This document shows positions 45,572 through 54,600 of a DNA stretch of 54,600 bases, in pieces; position 1 is the stretch's first letter; each line of letters begins with the position of its first letter. The DNA is from a virus (lineage: Duplodnaviria; Caudoviricetes). The notes below the pieces were generated by a model. That model was not told the origin of the DNA. It did not search any database and worked only from the letters and a program-made list of their open reading frames with translations. The stretch is from IMG/VR virus record IMGVR_UViG_3300009008_000048, positions 1 to 54,600 of that record. One strand, written 5' to 3'. Position numbers and translations under genes: made by a program.

Positions 45572-46033
45572 TTATTTCTTATTATTTAAATTATTTATTT
45601 GTGTTTGTAAATCATCTACTTGTTGTTGTAAATCATTACATCTATGAGCTATTATAAGGTATAAGTCTTGTTTGCTTTCAAACATTCCTATCATTTGTCC
45701 CTCTCTCGTTTCTTTAGGATTTAATCCTTGTGTTGGTAATTGTTTGGGAGGTTTAATTCTTGGTCTATATGCTAATTCTGCTTCTCTGCGTGGACCCATT
45801 GGTTGCCATGTTTCAGGATCAAATTCATTCTGGTTTATGGGATTCATTACTTTATCCATATTCTGTTTATAAAGAGCTTTTCTTACATTTAGCGGTTTAG
45901 TTTCATCAAACCATGGTAAAACAACAGGAGGTATATTATCTGAAGGAACATCTAATTTTTTATCCCTTCTTTCTTGTTTTTCTTCTTCACTTAAAATTCT
46001 TGTCATATATTTATTAATAATTTGTTGTATCAA
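45572..46033 (-). CDS. Hypothetical protein with C-terminal coiled coil
   Basis: 153 aa following the tail-fibre-like gene. Confidence 0.5.
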   Translation of the reverse strand: MIQQIINKYMTRILSEEEKQERRDKKLDVPSDNIPPVVLPWFDETKPLNVRKALYKQNMDKVMNPINQNEFDPETWQPMGPRREAELAYRPRIKPPKQLPTQGLNPKETREGQMIGMFESKQDLYLIIAHRCNDLQQQVDDLQTQINNLNNKK

Positions 46034-47300
46034 AGTAAACTGTTTGTGCTTCAGCCATACCTACATAATATCCCTGAGAACCATCATTATCTGAATATCT
46101 AAATCCACCTTCAGATGTAGCATCAACATCTCCAGAATTATATACAAATACTTCACTCCAAGGATAAGTACTATTACCGAGTTTATATCCAGCCACTGTA
46201 CCTGTAAAATCTCCACGACATTGTACAATTTCTTGTCCAGCATCATAATAATCTTTATTAGAATACAAAAGTAATCTATTAGCTCCACTTATTACTAAAC
46301 TATTATCTATTGAATTTTGATATATTGTACTTTCATTAGAACTAGAATCATAATCAAAAAGTTCTATAGCATCAATATCTCCATATACCTGAATATTTCC
46401 GCTTGATTCGTTACCTCCGGTTTCTGTTATCTTCACACCTCTATTAGGATCTGAATTTGTTTGCAATGTATTACCAGTTATTGTACCACTAGCAGCAATA
46501 TCATTGGCTGTAAGAACTCCCCTAATTGTCAACGTTGAACCATCCCATGTAAGCTTATTTGTTGAAGCATCTCCTATGCTAAACTTTGCCCCACTAGAAT
46601 ATCCTAGCCAAAATCCTGTTCCTGTATCATAAGCTGTTTGTCCTGATTTAATATGACCACTAGAATTTAATGTTATTGTTCCAGCTTCAATAGTTCCTAA
46701 ATCAGCAAAGATGCCAGATAAAATCTCTCCAGTAATTTCAGAACTTGTAATAGTATTGGCTAGAATTTCATTAGCAGTAATTGTATTTGCAGCTATATTA
46801 TCAGCTGTTATTAAAGTGCCTACACCTTGACCACCAAATGCTTGAAATATAGCATCCTTTGGTGATGTAGAATCTTCAGCAACAGCCACTAATATTTTAT
46901 TAGTGCCAACCGCATCACTAGCTGTTGTGCTTGTTTGTAATGCTGTAGTTGATGTATCTGTATCTAAATACATATAAGTAATAGCACTCATATTACCTGT
47001 ATTACTACCAGTTATGCTATAGGTTGTACCATCTGCTAATGAAATTGTACCACTACTCCATGCAACTGTATCACTATCAGTAGCACTCCAAGCCATATTC
47101 TGACTCCAACCAAGTATACTAGGTCCTGCTGTATTAGTAACAGCAGTAGAAGATAAAGCATCTCCTCCAATAGCACCCTCGGCTATAAAAGAATCTACAT
47201 TAGCATCTGTGATTTGTTCATCGCCGAAAGTATCACTTAAAGGATTGCTTAGTGAATCTATTTGTAAAAATTGGTTGTACCCATTATCTATATAACTCAT
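46014..47300 (-). CDS. Tail fibre/spike-like protein
   Basis: ITADNIAANTITANEI repeats, GFWLG....KFSIG...LTWDGS.L.I.G; S/T/G-rich. Confidence 0.65.
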   Translation of the reverse strand: MSYIDNGYNQFLQIDSLSNPLSDTFGDEQITDANVDSFIAEGAIGGDALSSTAVTNTAGPSILGWSQNMAWSATDSDTVAWSSGTISLADGTTYSITGSNTGNMSAITYMYLDTDTSTTALQTSTTASDAVGTNKILVAVAEDSTSPKDAIFQAFGGQGVGTLITADNIAANTITANEILANTITSSEITGEILSGIFADLGTIEAGTITLNSSGHIKSGQTAYDTGTGFWLGYSSGAKFSIGDASTNKLTWDGSTLTIRGVLTANDIAASGTITGNTLQTNSDPNRGVKITETGGNESSGNIQVYGDIDAIELFDYDSSSNESTIYQNSIDNSLVISGANRLLLYSNKDYYDAGQEIVQCRGDFTGTVAGYKLGNSTYPWSEVFVYNSGDVDATSEGGFRYSDNDGSQGYYVGMAEAQTVYFDTTNY

Positions 47301-47309
47301 AATTTTATA

Positions 47310-48764
47310 TTAAAGTTCCTCTTCTTTAGCATCGGTATTTATAACAAAACCTTCAAATGTCCATGATTGATTAGAACTCTTTTCTGCAAATTTAAATCTA
47401 TATCTATAACCTCCACCCATTATATCTAATTCTTCTACATTATTTTTAAGTATTGTTTTTCTACCTTGATTAAATTCATCTTTATTATCTACATCTACTG
47501 ACATTATCATGCCTTGTGGGTTATTTGTAAACACTGTCATGTGATTACTATATTTAATTATACTAGGTACTTTAAAGTCTAAGTTATTAGTAATAAAGAA
47601 ACTGTCTATGTCATTACTATTATCTGAATATACTTCATCTACTTTAGTTGCAAACTTAAATACCCAACCATTATCATCTCCAAAGTAAGCTCTTGTCTTA
47701 TCACTTTGCTCAAATATACAAGCACTTTTAACTTCATCGTATGTACACCTAATATACCATTTTTCTTTTTGTGTGTCGAAGCATAACCAAGTATTATCAT
47801 AGGCTACTCCTTTAACTGTTACACTACCTATAAATACTCTATATTCATCTCCGTGTTGTATTCCTATTTGTTCTCCTAGTGTGCTTTGGTCTATTGCATC
47901 TATAAAATATTTTACTTTATTTGATATTAACTGTGGCCTAGATCCACCCCATCTCCAAATACCTTGTCTACTAAACCAATAAGGAACACCATTTATTTTA
48001 GCTATTGACCTATAAGAATCACAGCCTATATCTGCTATTTGTTTTCTTTCATCTTCATCGTATTTCCACATTGAATAATGTTTAAATACTATTAGTTTAT
48101 CAAATGCTTCTACACCACCTGTTATTTCATCTCCATTATCATAACCAAATTCTACAAAATCAGTAGTAGGTGTCCAAGTAATAGCTCCATCTGTAGGAGT
48201 GCTACAAAAGTAACCTCTACTAGGACGAGTTGTACTATCTTCGTAAGCATTTAACACATATAATAAATCTCTATATCTAACTATATATTTACCTGTAGGC
48301 ATATCTGTTAAATCTGAATCAGCTGTACTATATGTAGTTCCTTCTACTGTTGCATTATCTAGAAAAGTGCCATTATCATGCCCTACTATAAAAGCTTTAT
48401 CTAAATAGTTTACTGCTGATATTTCTGCTCCAGCTCTATCTGTATATGTAGCACTTGCTAGAGTATTCCAAGTAGTATCATCATCGTCTACATATTTTAA
48501 TATATAATCACTACCAGAATCTGATCCTGCTATCATATATTTATCTTGTGTAGTGGACCTATAATAATAATGTAAGTAATTAACTGATTTATCATTAACT
48601 ACTTGGTCTGTTACTGCTTTACTATATCCAGGAACTTTTTCTAATTTACCAATTTCATATTCGTAACAATTTTTCATTGCACTTAACTCATTGGCTGGTT
48701 TAGCAAAGTCAGTTACACCAATATTTAATTGGCCACTAAATTCTGTATATTGTACTTTTGGCAT
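47310..48764 (-). CDS. Tail tubular/stabilisation protein (P22 gp10/T7 gp12-like beta-propeller)
   Basis: 484 aa; G.LEK.PG, D.ITG....DKLIVFK..S.W, IGC....SI......YW.S..GI. Confidence 0.7.
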   Translation of the reverse strand: MPKVQYTEFSGQLNIGVTDFAKPANELSAMKNCYEYEIGKLEKVPGYSKAVTDQVVNDKSVNYLHYYYRSTTQDKYMIAGSDSGSDYILKYVDDDDTTWNTLASATYTDRAGAEISAVNYLDKAFIVGHDNGTFLDNATVEGTTYSTADSDLTDMPTGKYIVRYRDLLYVLNAYEDSTTRPSRGYFCSTPTDGAITWTPTTDFVEFGYDNGDEITGGVEAFDKLIVFKHYSMWKYDEDERKQIADIGCDSYRSIAKINGVPYWFSRQGIWRWGGSRPQLISNKVKYFIDAIDQSTLGEQIGIQHGDEYRVFIGSVTVKGVAYDNTWLCFDTQKEKWYIRCTYDEVKSACIFEQSDKTRAYFGDDNGWVFKFATKVDEVYSDNSNDIDSFFITNNLDFKVPSIIKYSNHMTVFTNNPQGMIMSVDVDNKDEFNQGRKTILKNNVEELDIMGGGYRYRFKFAEKSSNQSWTFEGFVINTDAKEEEL

Positions 48765-48773
48765 ATATTTATT

Positions 48774-49922
48774 TTAAAAATCTCCTAATTCTTGTTCTTG
48801 GTAATTATGATTTGTTCTTTCTATTGATTCAGCGTCTCCTAATTGTTGAGGACCACTAAATTCTTCTACTTGTTGTTCTAATGTTTTTTGAAACATTGCA
48901 TACATCTTATCACCTCTTTTATCATTACCTCTAATGTAACTAATTTGTGATGCACAATAATAAATAAGTATTGCTACAAATTCTCTATCTAAAGAATCGG
49001 TTAATGCATCTATACGTGTAGGATATTTGTAATACTCATATATAATTGCTTTAGCTGCGCTTGGTGTAGGATATAAGTAATACTTATTGTTTTTCATTGT
49101 AAAATGTGTAGGACTTCCCGTAGATACTGTTGTACCAGCTTTAGTATAATCATCATATTTATAATGTGACATCCATTCTAACTTATAGTTGTCTACTATT
49201 AAATGTTCTAAAATTGCTGCATCTGATGGTTTACTTATATAAGCTTGATTAGTAATTGTATTTGTGCCAGAACTTATACTGTGTAAAAAGGACCATTTTC
49301 TTTTTCTTATAAATATTTCATCTATACCATCATTTAAGATATCAATTGCTATATCCCAAGTTAATAATGAATTTGGTGTTTCATCTATTGAAGTCATTGC
49401 TTTTCTTACTGCTGATTCAATAACCTTTTTAGCACTTGTTTGTCCAAATGTAGTTGATGTTATTTCTTCTGAGAATGCTGATTCCTCTGTATCTTGACTG
49501 TTGTAATATGATGTTACAAAATAAGAATAACTATCACCATCATATATATAATCTGTATGTTGATTAGTGGTATCTATATCTAACGTTGTTACTAGATTAT
49601 TTGATCCACCCGATGTAGCTCTACCATAAACTTTTATTTGGTTATACTCTATAAATGTTACAGGTGTAGAACTTGTATGGGAATTGGATAATGCAGCAAT
49701 AGTAAATGTATTACCAGTAAATGATGATACTAATTTTATTTCTGCTTTTTCTTCTCCATAGTCTCCTATTAAAACATAAAAGTTAGTACCAGAAAATCCA
49801 GAGGAAGACATTACTGCAATTGAAGTATCTCCACTGTCTACATCCGATGTTAAATAACTTCTATCATTCCCATCTACAGGAGGATTAGCTATGTTGAATT
49901 TTTGAATTGTTGGTTGTGACAT
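48774..49922 (-). CDS. Head-tail adaptor/tail tubular protein A-like
   Basis: 382 aa; C-terminal W.FL....T......Y..PSD, G.P..F......LYPTP....I.YEYY. Confidence 0.6.
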   Translation of the reverse strand: MSQPTIQKFNIANPPVDGNDRSYLTSDVDSGDTSIAVMSSSGFSGTNFYVLIGDYGEEKAEIKLVSSFTGNTFTIAALSNSHTSSTPVTFIEYNQIKVYGRATSGGSNNLVTTLDIDTTNQHTDYIYDGDSYSYFVTSYYNSQDTEESAFSEEITSTTFGQTSAKKVIESAVRKAMTSIDETPNSLLTWDIAIDILNDGIDEIFIRKRKWSFLHSISSGTNTITNQAYISKPSDAAILEHLIVDNYKLEWMSHYKYDDYTKAGTTVSTGSPTHFTMKNNKYYLYPTPSAAKAIIYEYYKYPTRIDALTDSLDREFVAILIYYCASQISYIRGNDKRGDKMYAMFQKTLEQQVEEFSGPQQLGDAESIERTNHNYQEQELGDF

Positions 49923-49927
49923 ATATT

Positions 49928-52783
49928 TTATTTAAAAATTTTAGGTTTCTTATCTTTTATAAATTTTGTTATTTTAGGTTTCTTATCTTCAATAAATGAT
50001 ATTATTTTAGGTACTATAGCTACAACATCTTGAAGCACACCAAGCGCACTACTTAATGTTAAAGATGCTAATAGTGTTTTAACTCTACCTATCGTTTTAT
50101 TACCCGCTAAAGTTATTGCAGTGCTTATTGTTCTGTATATTTCTAACAGTCTATTATAGCTTGGTGTTAATGTTATTGTAGTAGCATAAGATTTAAAAAA
50201 TCCTATTATATTACTTTGTTGCACACTTAATGTTAATGTTGCTAGTAGTGTTTTTGCTTTGCCTATTATTTTATTACCCGCTAAAGTTATTGTAGTGCTT
50301 ATTGTTCTGTATATTTCTAACAACCTACTATGGCTAGGTGTCACTGTTATTATTGTTGTATATGTTTCTGTGTAATCAGTACTACTTGATGCTGTATATT
50401 CTACCCATAGGTAAGGGTCTTTAGTTTGTGCGGGGGTTTCTTCTTTTGTATGTATATTTGTGCCAGTGACATCTTCTGCTGGTTTATGAACAAGAAAACC
50501 ATAATTATCCCAAGTACCATCTGCCCAGTTTGTTATAATTGATGATATATCTATTTGTTTAAACCCACTTCCAGAAGATACAGTTTCTGTTACATTGCCA
50601 GTTCCTGTATAAGCTGAACTAAAATTTGCCCAAGTTACAGTTCCTTCTGCCCAATCTGATGTAATTCTATTATATGTTAATTCTGATACACCATTATAAT
50701 AATAACCATTAAATTCTCCTATAGTTATATTTATATCAGAAGATGGTAAGTTTGTTACTCCAGCAAATTTGAATAAAGCATCTACTTCACTACTAACTGA
50801 ATGATAAATATTTACTAATGCTAAACCACCATAATTATTAGCAGTATTAACACTTTCTATATAACTATCATCTGTACTCCAATACTTTGCACTTACTGTT
50901 CCACTATAATATTTAGCTATTTCTTCTGCTGATTTTATTCTTGTGGAGATTTTAACTTCGTCTATTCTTCCGTCCCAATATCCAGAACCAGCACTATCAT
51001 CTAATCCAATCTTTAAGTCTGCTCCTGTAGAATTTATTGCTCCAGTTTGACTTGTTGAGCTTGTTCCTTGTGATACTCCATCTACATAAAGTGTTGCTGT
51101 GCCAGTTGATTGGTCATAGGTTACAGCCAAATAATACCATTGACTTGCTGATAAACTATATGCCCAACTAGCTTCTCCTTCTCCACCAGATGTATCTACT
51201 CTAAATGCTAGTCCTGCTGTAGAACCACCTATATCTTTATTTAAGAATCTATATGCTTCATTACTTCCAGCCCATTTAGCCACTATTCCCCTTTGGTTTG
51301 TTGATGGAGTTGAGTCTGCATAAACCCAAGCTTCAATGGTCATATCACCAGTAATATCTAAAGCTGCATTATCTGCTACTGAAAGATATTCACTACTACT
51401 AGCTGTAAGTTGATAAGCACCATTAGCTTCTCCATCAAATCCAGTTGCAGCAGTTGGTGTATTTACTTCTGTTAAAGATAGATAATTTGAACTAGAATCA
51501 TCTCGTTTACTAATATCATACAAATAAACATTGTCTATGTAATACTCATCACCACTACCTATACTATCTCCACTAAATCTTATGTTTGTATCAGTCGGAA
51601 CAGTTACACCAGTTGTACTTGCTGTTACAGAAGATGGCTTTGTTGATGATGTACTAACATAAACATTTATATCTACTGTTGTTGAACTTGCTGGTATACA
51701 GTCAATCCAAACATATTGTGTTGTTGTAAAGTTAGCACTAAAAGTATCCACAGAAACACCACCATGAGTAACAAGTGAATTGTTAGAACCATTCGTTCCC
51801 ATCTGCCACCTAATACCTATTAAACTTCCTGTAGCAACTGTTTCGTCTGCATAATATCCAGCATAACCCTGCCTAGCAGTTCCACTACTTGGTATTATTG
51901 TAAAATGTAATGATGTTGAACCACTTAATGTTCCATGGTCTTGGTATACAATCGGTGCCTGGGAACCACCAACAGCACCAACAAACAATCTGTTTGTATC
52001 TATTTTTACTGTTTCTGCTCCATCTGTCCAATCTCCACCAACACTTGCTGAATCAGCCCTATTAAAATCATCTGAAATAAGTGTTTCTTCTAAAGCACCA
52101 TTACAATGCCATAAAGCTACTGTATCATCATCTACACAGTGTTCTATTTCTTCTTTGGTAAGAGCTGGTCGAAATGTGACTGCTAATGCTCCAAGTGTAG
52201 TAGAAGACATTGTATTGGTTATTGTATTTGTTCCAACATCTGCTATTGCTTCATTTGTATCAACTATAACATGTCCACCAGCATCTGTGTTTAATCTTAT
52301 TGTATCACCCGTAGTATTTGTATAAGTAATATTACCAGCACCATCTTTAGAAAACATTAACATCCAACAATTATTAACAGTTGTTGTTATATCAGTAGAA
52401 ATTGTTGTTACTGAATTACCAGTAGATGTGTCTGTTCCTTCTGGTTGTCCTGTTTGTGATGCTCCAGTATAAGATACAGCAGAAAAACGAAGATTATCTG
52501 ATTCACTTGCACTAACTACTACATTATTACTTCCAGTAGCAGGTGCTATTAAATACCATAATGTTATTGCTCTATCATTTTGTCCAGCACCACCATTAAG
52601 AGTATTTACTTGTGTCATTGCAACACCACCATAAGTAATACCAGTAATAATTGTTGCTGAATTACTCTTATCGTGTCCCATTACAAATAAAATCCTATCA
52701 CTTCCAGTACATGTATGTGAAAATGTTAGAGATGTCCCATTTGTATATTGGGCATAAGTTCCTGAATCAAATGCTATAGCCAT
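49928..52783 (-). CDS. Multidomain tail/receptor-binding protein with LamG (concanavalin-like) domain
   Basis: MAIAFD N-terminus; TVALWH, MTIEAWV, W.YLAVTYD....LYVDG, G.IDEVKIS; later ITSDWAEGTVTW..WDNYGFL..PYLWVEY. Confidence 0.75.
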   Translation of the reverse strand: MAIAFDSGTYAQYTNGTSLTFSHTCTGSDRILFVMGHDKSNSATIITGITYGGVAMTQVNTLNGGAGQNDRAITLWYLIAPATGSNNVVVSASESDNLRFSAVSYTGASQTGQPEGTDTSTGNSVTTISTDITTTVNNCWMLMFSKDGAGNITYTNTTGDTIRLNTDAGGHVIVDTNEAIADVGTNTITNTMSSTTLGALAVTFRPALTKEEIEHCVDDDTVALWHCNGALEETLISDDFNRADSASVGGDWTDGAETVKIDTNRLFVGAVGGSQAPIVYQDHGTLSGSTSLHFTIIPSSGTARQGYAGYYADETVATGSLIGIRWQMGTNGSNNSLVTHGGVSVDTFSANFTTTQYVWIDCIPASSTTVDINVYVSTSSTKPSSVTASTTGVTVPTDTNIRFSGDSIGSGDEYYIDNVYLYDISKRDDSSSNYLSLTEVNTPTAATGFDGEANGAYQLTASSSEYLSVADNAALDITGDMTIEAWVYADSTPSTNQRGIVAKWAGSNEAYRFLNKDIGGSTAGLAFRVDTSGGEGEASWAYSLSASQWYYLAVTYDQSTGTATLYVDGVSQGTSSTSQTGAINSTGADLKIGLDDSAGSGYWDGRIDEVKISTRIKSAEEIAKYYSGTVSAKYWSTDDSYIESVNTANNYGGLALVNIYHSVSSEVDALFKFAGVTNLPSSDINITIGEFNGYYYNGVSELTYNRITSDWAEGTVTWANFSSAYTGTGNVTETVSSGSGFKQIDISSIITNWADGTWDNYGFLVHKPAEDVTGTNIHTKEETPAQTKDPYLWVEYTASSSTDYTETYTTIITVTPSHSRLLEIYRTISTTITLAGNKIIGKAKTLLATLTLSVQQSNIIGFFKSYATTITLTPSYNRLLEIYRTISTAITLAGNKTIGRVKTLLASLTLSSALGVLQDVVAIVPKIISFIEDKKPKITKFIKDKKPKIFK

Positions 52784-52988
52784 TTTAGCTTAAGTTAATT
52801 ATTTATGAATTTAATTATTGTTTTACTTGTCATATCTTCAACTTCAGGTCCTTTTTTCTTCTTTTTGAAAATACTTTTTATAGCACTTCTTATACAAGCA
52901 CTTAAACCCATTATAGTATTTAATGATTTTTTATGTTTCATTGTTTTAAATACTTATCCTTGCCCCCGTAAAGAAGCAAGAGAAATAT

Positions 52989-53366
52989 TTAAGATACTGT
53001 TATTTTATAAGTAACTTGAATAGTATCATCACTGGATACAGTAATAGTATTAAAATCACTGTGTGCTAATAATACTTGATCTGCAGAAGTATTTAAGTCC
53101 GAAACTCCACATTCTTCGATACCTTTAGTATCACTTGCTGTCCACAAATGTTGTAATTGAATTATATTAGCATCATCTGTAGTTACAGTTGAAGCTGCTC
53201 TAGCCAAACCACTATCTGTGATTTCAGTGCCTAACTCAGTATCTCCTGCTACAGCTGTATCACCACCAGTACCTACTGCTAAGTAAGTCCAATCAGTAAC
53301 ACTACCCAATCCTCCTATCATTTCTGCCACCGCATTTTTACCTACGGTTGTTATTATGTCTGCCAT
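52989..53366 (-). CDS. Tail fibre base/collar-like structural protein
   Basis: ITTVGK, YLAVGTG......DT.LG.E, EECG, TIQVTYKIT. Confidence 0.65.
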   Translation of the reverse strand: MADIITTVGKNAVAEMIGGLGSVTDWTYLAVGTGGDTAVAGDTELGTEITDSGLARAASTVTTDDANIIQLQHLWTASDTKGIEECGVSDLNTSADQVLLAHSDFNTITVSSDDTIQVTYKITVS

Positions 53367-53513
53367 ATTTTTTTATGTTTAAATGTTTAATTAAATACCA
53401 CAACTTTCTTATAAACGCGAATTTCTTATTTGTTAAAAAACGTCTTCCTATTACTTTACCTTTTCTTTTGTGAAGTATTTCTACCTCTATGTTTTTTAGG
53501 TTTGTTTTTGTTA

Positions 53514-54170
53514 TCATACTTTTTTAGTTACTTGTTTTAATACAAGTTTAGCTATTTTGTTTAAATCTATTGTTTTATAGTGTGAACAAGAATAACCCCA
53601 GTGTGTCCATAGTTTAAAACCTTTTTGTTCTACTTTTTCACAAAATGCTAAATCTTCACCCATTACTCTTTCCCCTGTTTCCTTATTAATTATAGATTCA
53701 AAAGGCCTTTTCATACCCTCTAAAACTTCCCTTTTAATAAGAATGCACCCAGTTCCCCCTCTATCTATGCGTACTAATTTACGCCCACCAGTATACAGCA
53801 TAGTTATAAGCCCTTTATCATGCTGTTTAAACACGTTGTAAGCCATTTTATCGCCTTTATACATTAAAGTGGGGCATACTATCACATCTTTATTAAAAGC
53901 TATTAAATCTAACGGATTATTTAATGGAGCATTATCATCATCCATCATAAGAAGCCATTTACAATCTGTTTTAAGGAACTCTGTTACAATTTTATTTCTA
54001 TTATGATCTATACCACATAATTGAGAATATCTTACTGTTGGTTCATATTTTTTAGTTGTAATACAATGTGTTACAATATCTACCATCATATTAGCTACAC
54101 TAATTGTTACGCTACCTTGATTTGGTATTGCTACAAATATAGGTATAGGACTACATTTTCTTTTTGACAT
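53514..54170 (-). CDS. GT-A fold (GT2-like) glycosyltransferase, paralogue of 2580..3236
   Basis: RNKIV..FL, WLLMMDDD, GTGCILIKREVL, GEDLAFC....KGF..WTH...CSHYKT. Confidence 0.75.
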   Translation of the reverse strand: MSKRKCSPIPIFVAIPNQGSVTISVANMMVDIVTHCITTKKYEPTVRYSQLCGIDHNRNKIVTEFLKTDCKWLLMMDDDNAPLNNPLDLIAFNKDVIVCPTLMYKGDKMAYNVFKQHDKGLITMLYTGGRKLVRIDRGGTGCILIKREVLEGMKRPFESIINKETGERVMGEDLAFCEKVEQKGFKLWTHWGYSCSHYKTIDLNKIAKLVLKQVTKKV

Positions 54171-54171
54171 A

Positions 54172-54450
54172 CTATTTTTTAAATACTTTTTTTGTTACTG
54201 GCACTATGCCTTCTTTTAATAACCATTTAATAATTACTTCATATGTTGCTATTGCTCCAGCTACATATGTTATAAATTGTTTAATAAATTCTGGTGTTAT
54301 AATATTATTTGTTGTAACAAATGTCCATATAAAAGATATCACTGCTACGCCTAATAGCACTGACCATTTTGTTGCTTCTTGACCAAACTTCTTAGAAGAC
54401 CATTTATAACCTTCTATTAAAAGTGTGGTTACTAAAAATAAAAATTCCAT
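54172..54450 (-). CDS. Putative holin/small membrane protein
   Basis: 92 aa with two to three hydrophobic segments and a basic C-terminus. Confidence 0.5.
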   Translation of the reverse strand: MEFLFLVTTLLIEGYKWSSKKFGQEATKWSVLLGVAVISFIWTFVTTNNIITPEFIKQFITYVAGAIATYEVIIKWLLKEGIVPVTKKVFKK

Positions 54451-54468
54451 AATGTTTTTTTTAATTAA

Positions 54469-54600
54469 TTAATTATTTATCTTATTTAATGATAAATCAT
54501 ATTTATCTAAACTATCCCATTGTTCTTTATTCAAAACTTTAAATCTACCTACAATATCTCCTTGTGTTCTTGTTAGAAGTGTTAATAACATTTTAGCACT
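54469..54600 (-). CDS. Partial CDS (C-terminal end) upstream of the holin-like gene
   Basis: Open frame from the window edge ...SAKMLLTLLTRTQGDIVGRFKVLNKEQWDSLDKYDLSLNKINN*. Confidence 0.35.
   Translation of the reverse strand, partial: SAKMLLTLLTRTQGDIVGRFKVLNKEQWDSLDKYDLSLNKINN

Noticed and set aside
49928-50345. DGR template/variable repeat pair in the tail-protein 3' end
   Set aside because: The near-duplicate segments (RLLEIYRTIST.ITLAGNK.IG..KTLLA) are in-frame protein repeats, and no reverse transcriptase is present.

Overview
This window is AT-rich tailed-phage DNA with podovirus-like organisation, probably most of a circularly permuted genome. Both ends lie inside the same minus-strand virion module. 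It has three blocks. (1) 1-14.4 kb (-), head/packaging: terS, a TerL split into separate ATPase and nuclease genes (the nuclease carries an HNH intein), groES/groEL, a SpoVG-like gene, portal, scaffold, a major capsid gene interrupted by a group I intron with an EDxHD/Vsr-like homing endonuclease, and a GT2-like glycosyltransferase. (2) 14.4-35.9 kb (mostly +), early/middle: a repeat-rich control region, a four-gene ubiquitin-like conjugation cassette (Ubl-GG, E2-like, JAB, E1/ThiF), an RlpA-like protein, recombination/nuclease genes, a 7-deazaguanine DNA-modification pathway (queD, queE, queC, folE, intein-split queF, dpdA) and rusA. (3) 35.8-54.6 kb (-), ejection/tail: a 2449-aa putative ejection protein that contains a second, apparently intact DpdA/TGT transglycosylase domain. 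The strongest candidates for new biology are this virion-protein-embedded DpdA paralogue and the phage-borne Ubl/E2/JAB/E1 cassette. I recognised no DNA polymerase, primase, helicase or integrase. All calls come from reading motifs by eye; no database searches were run.
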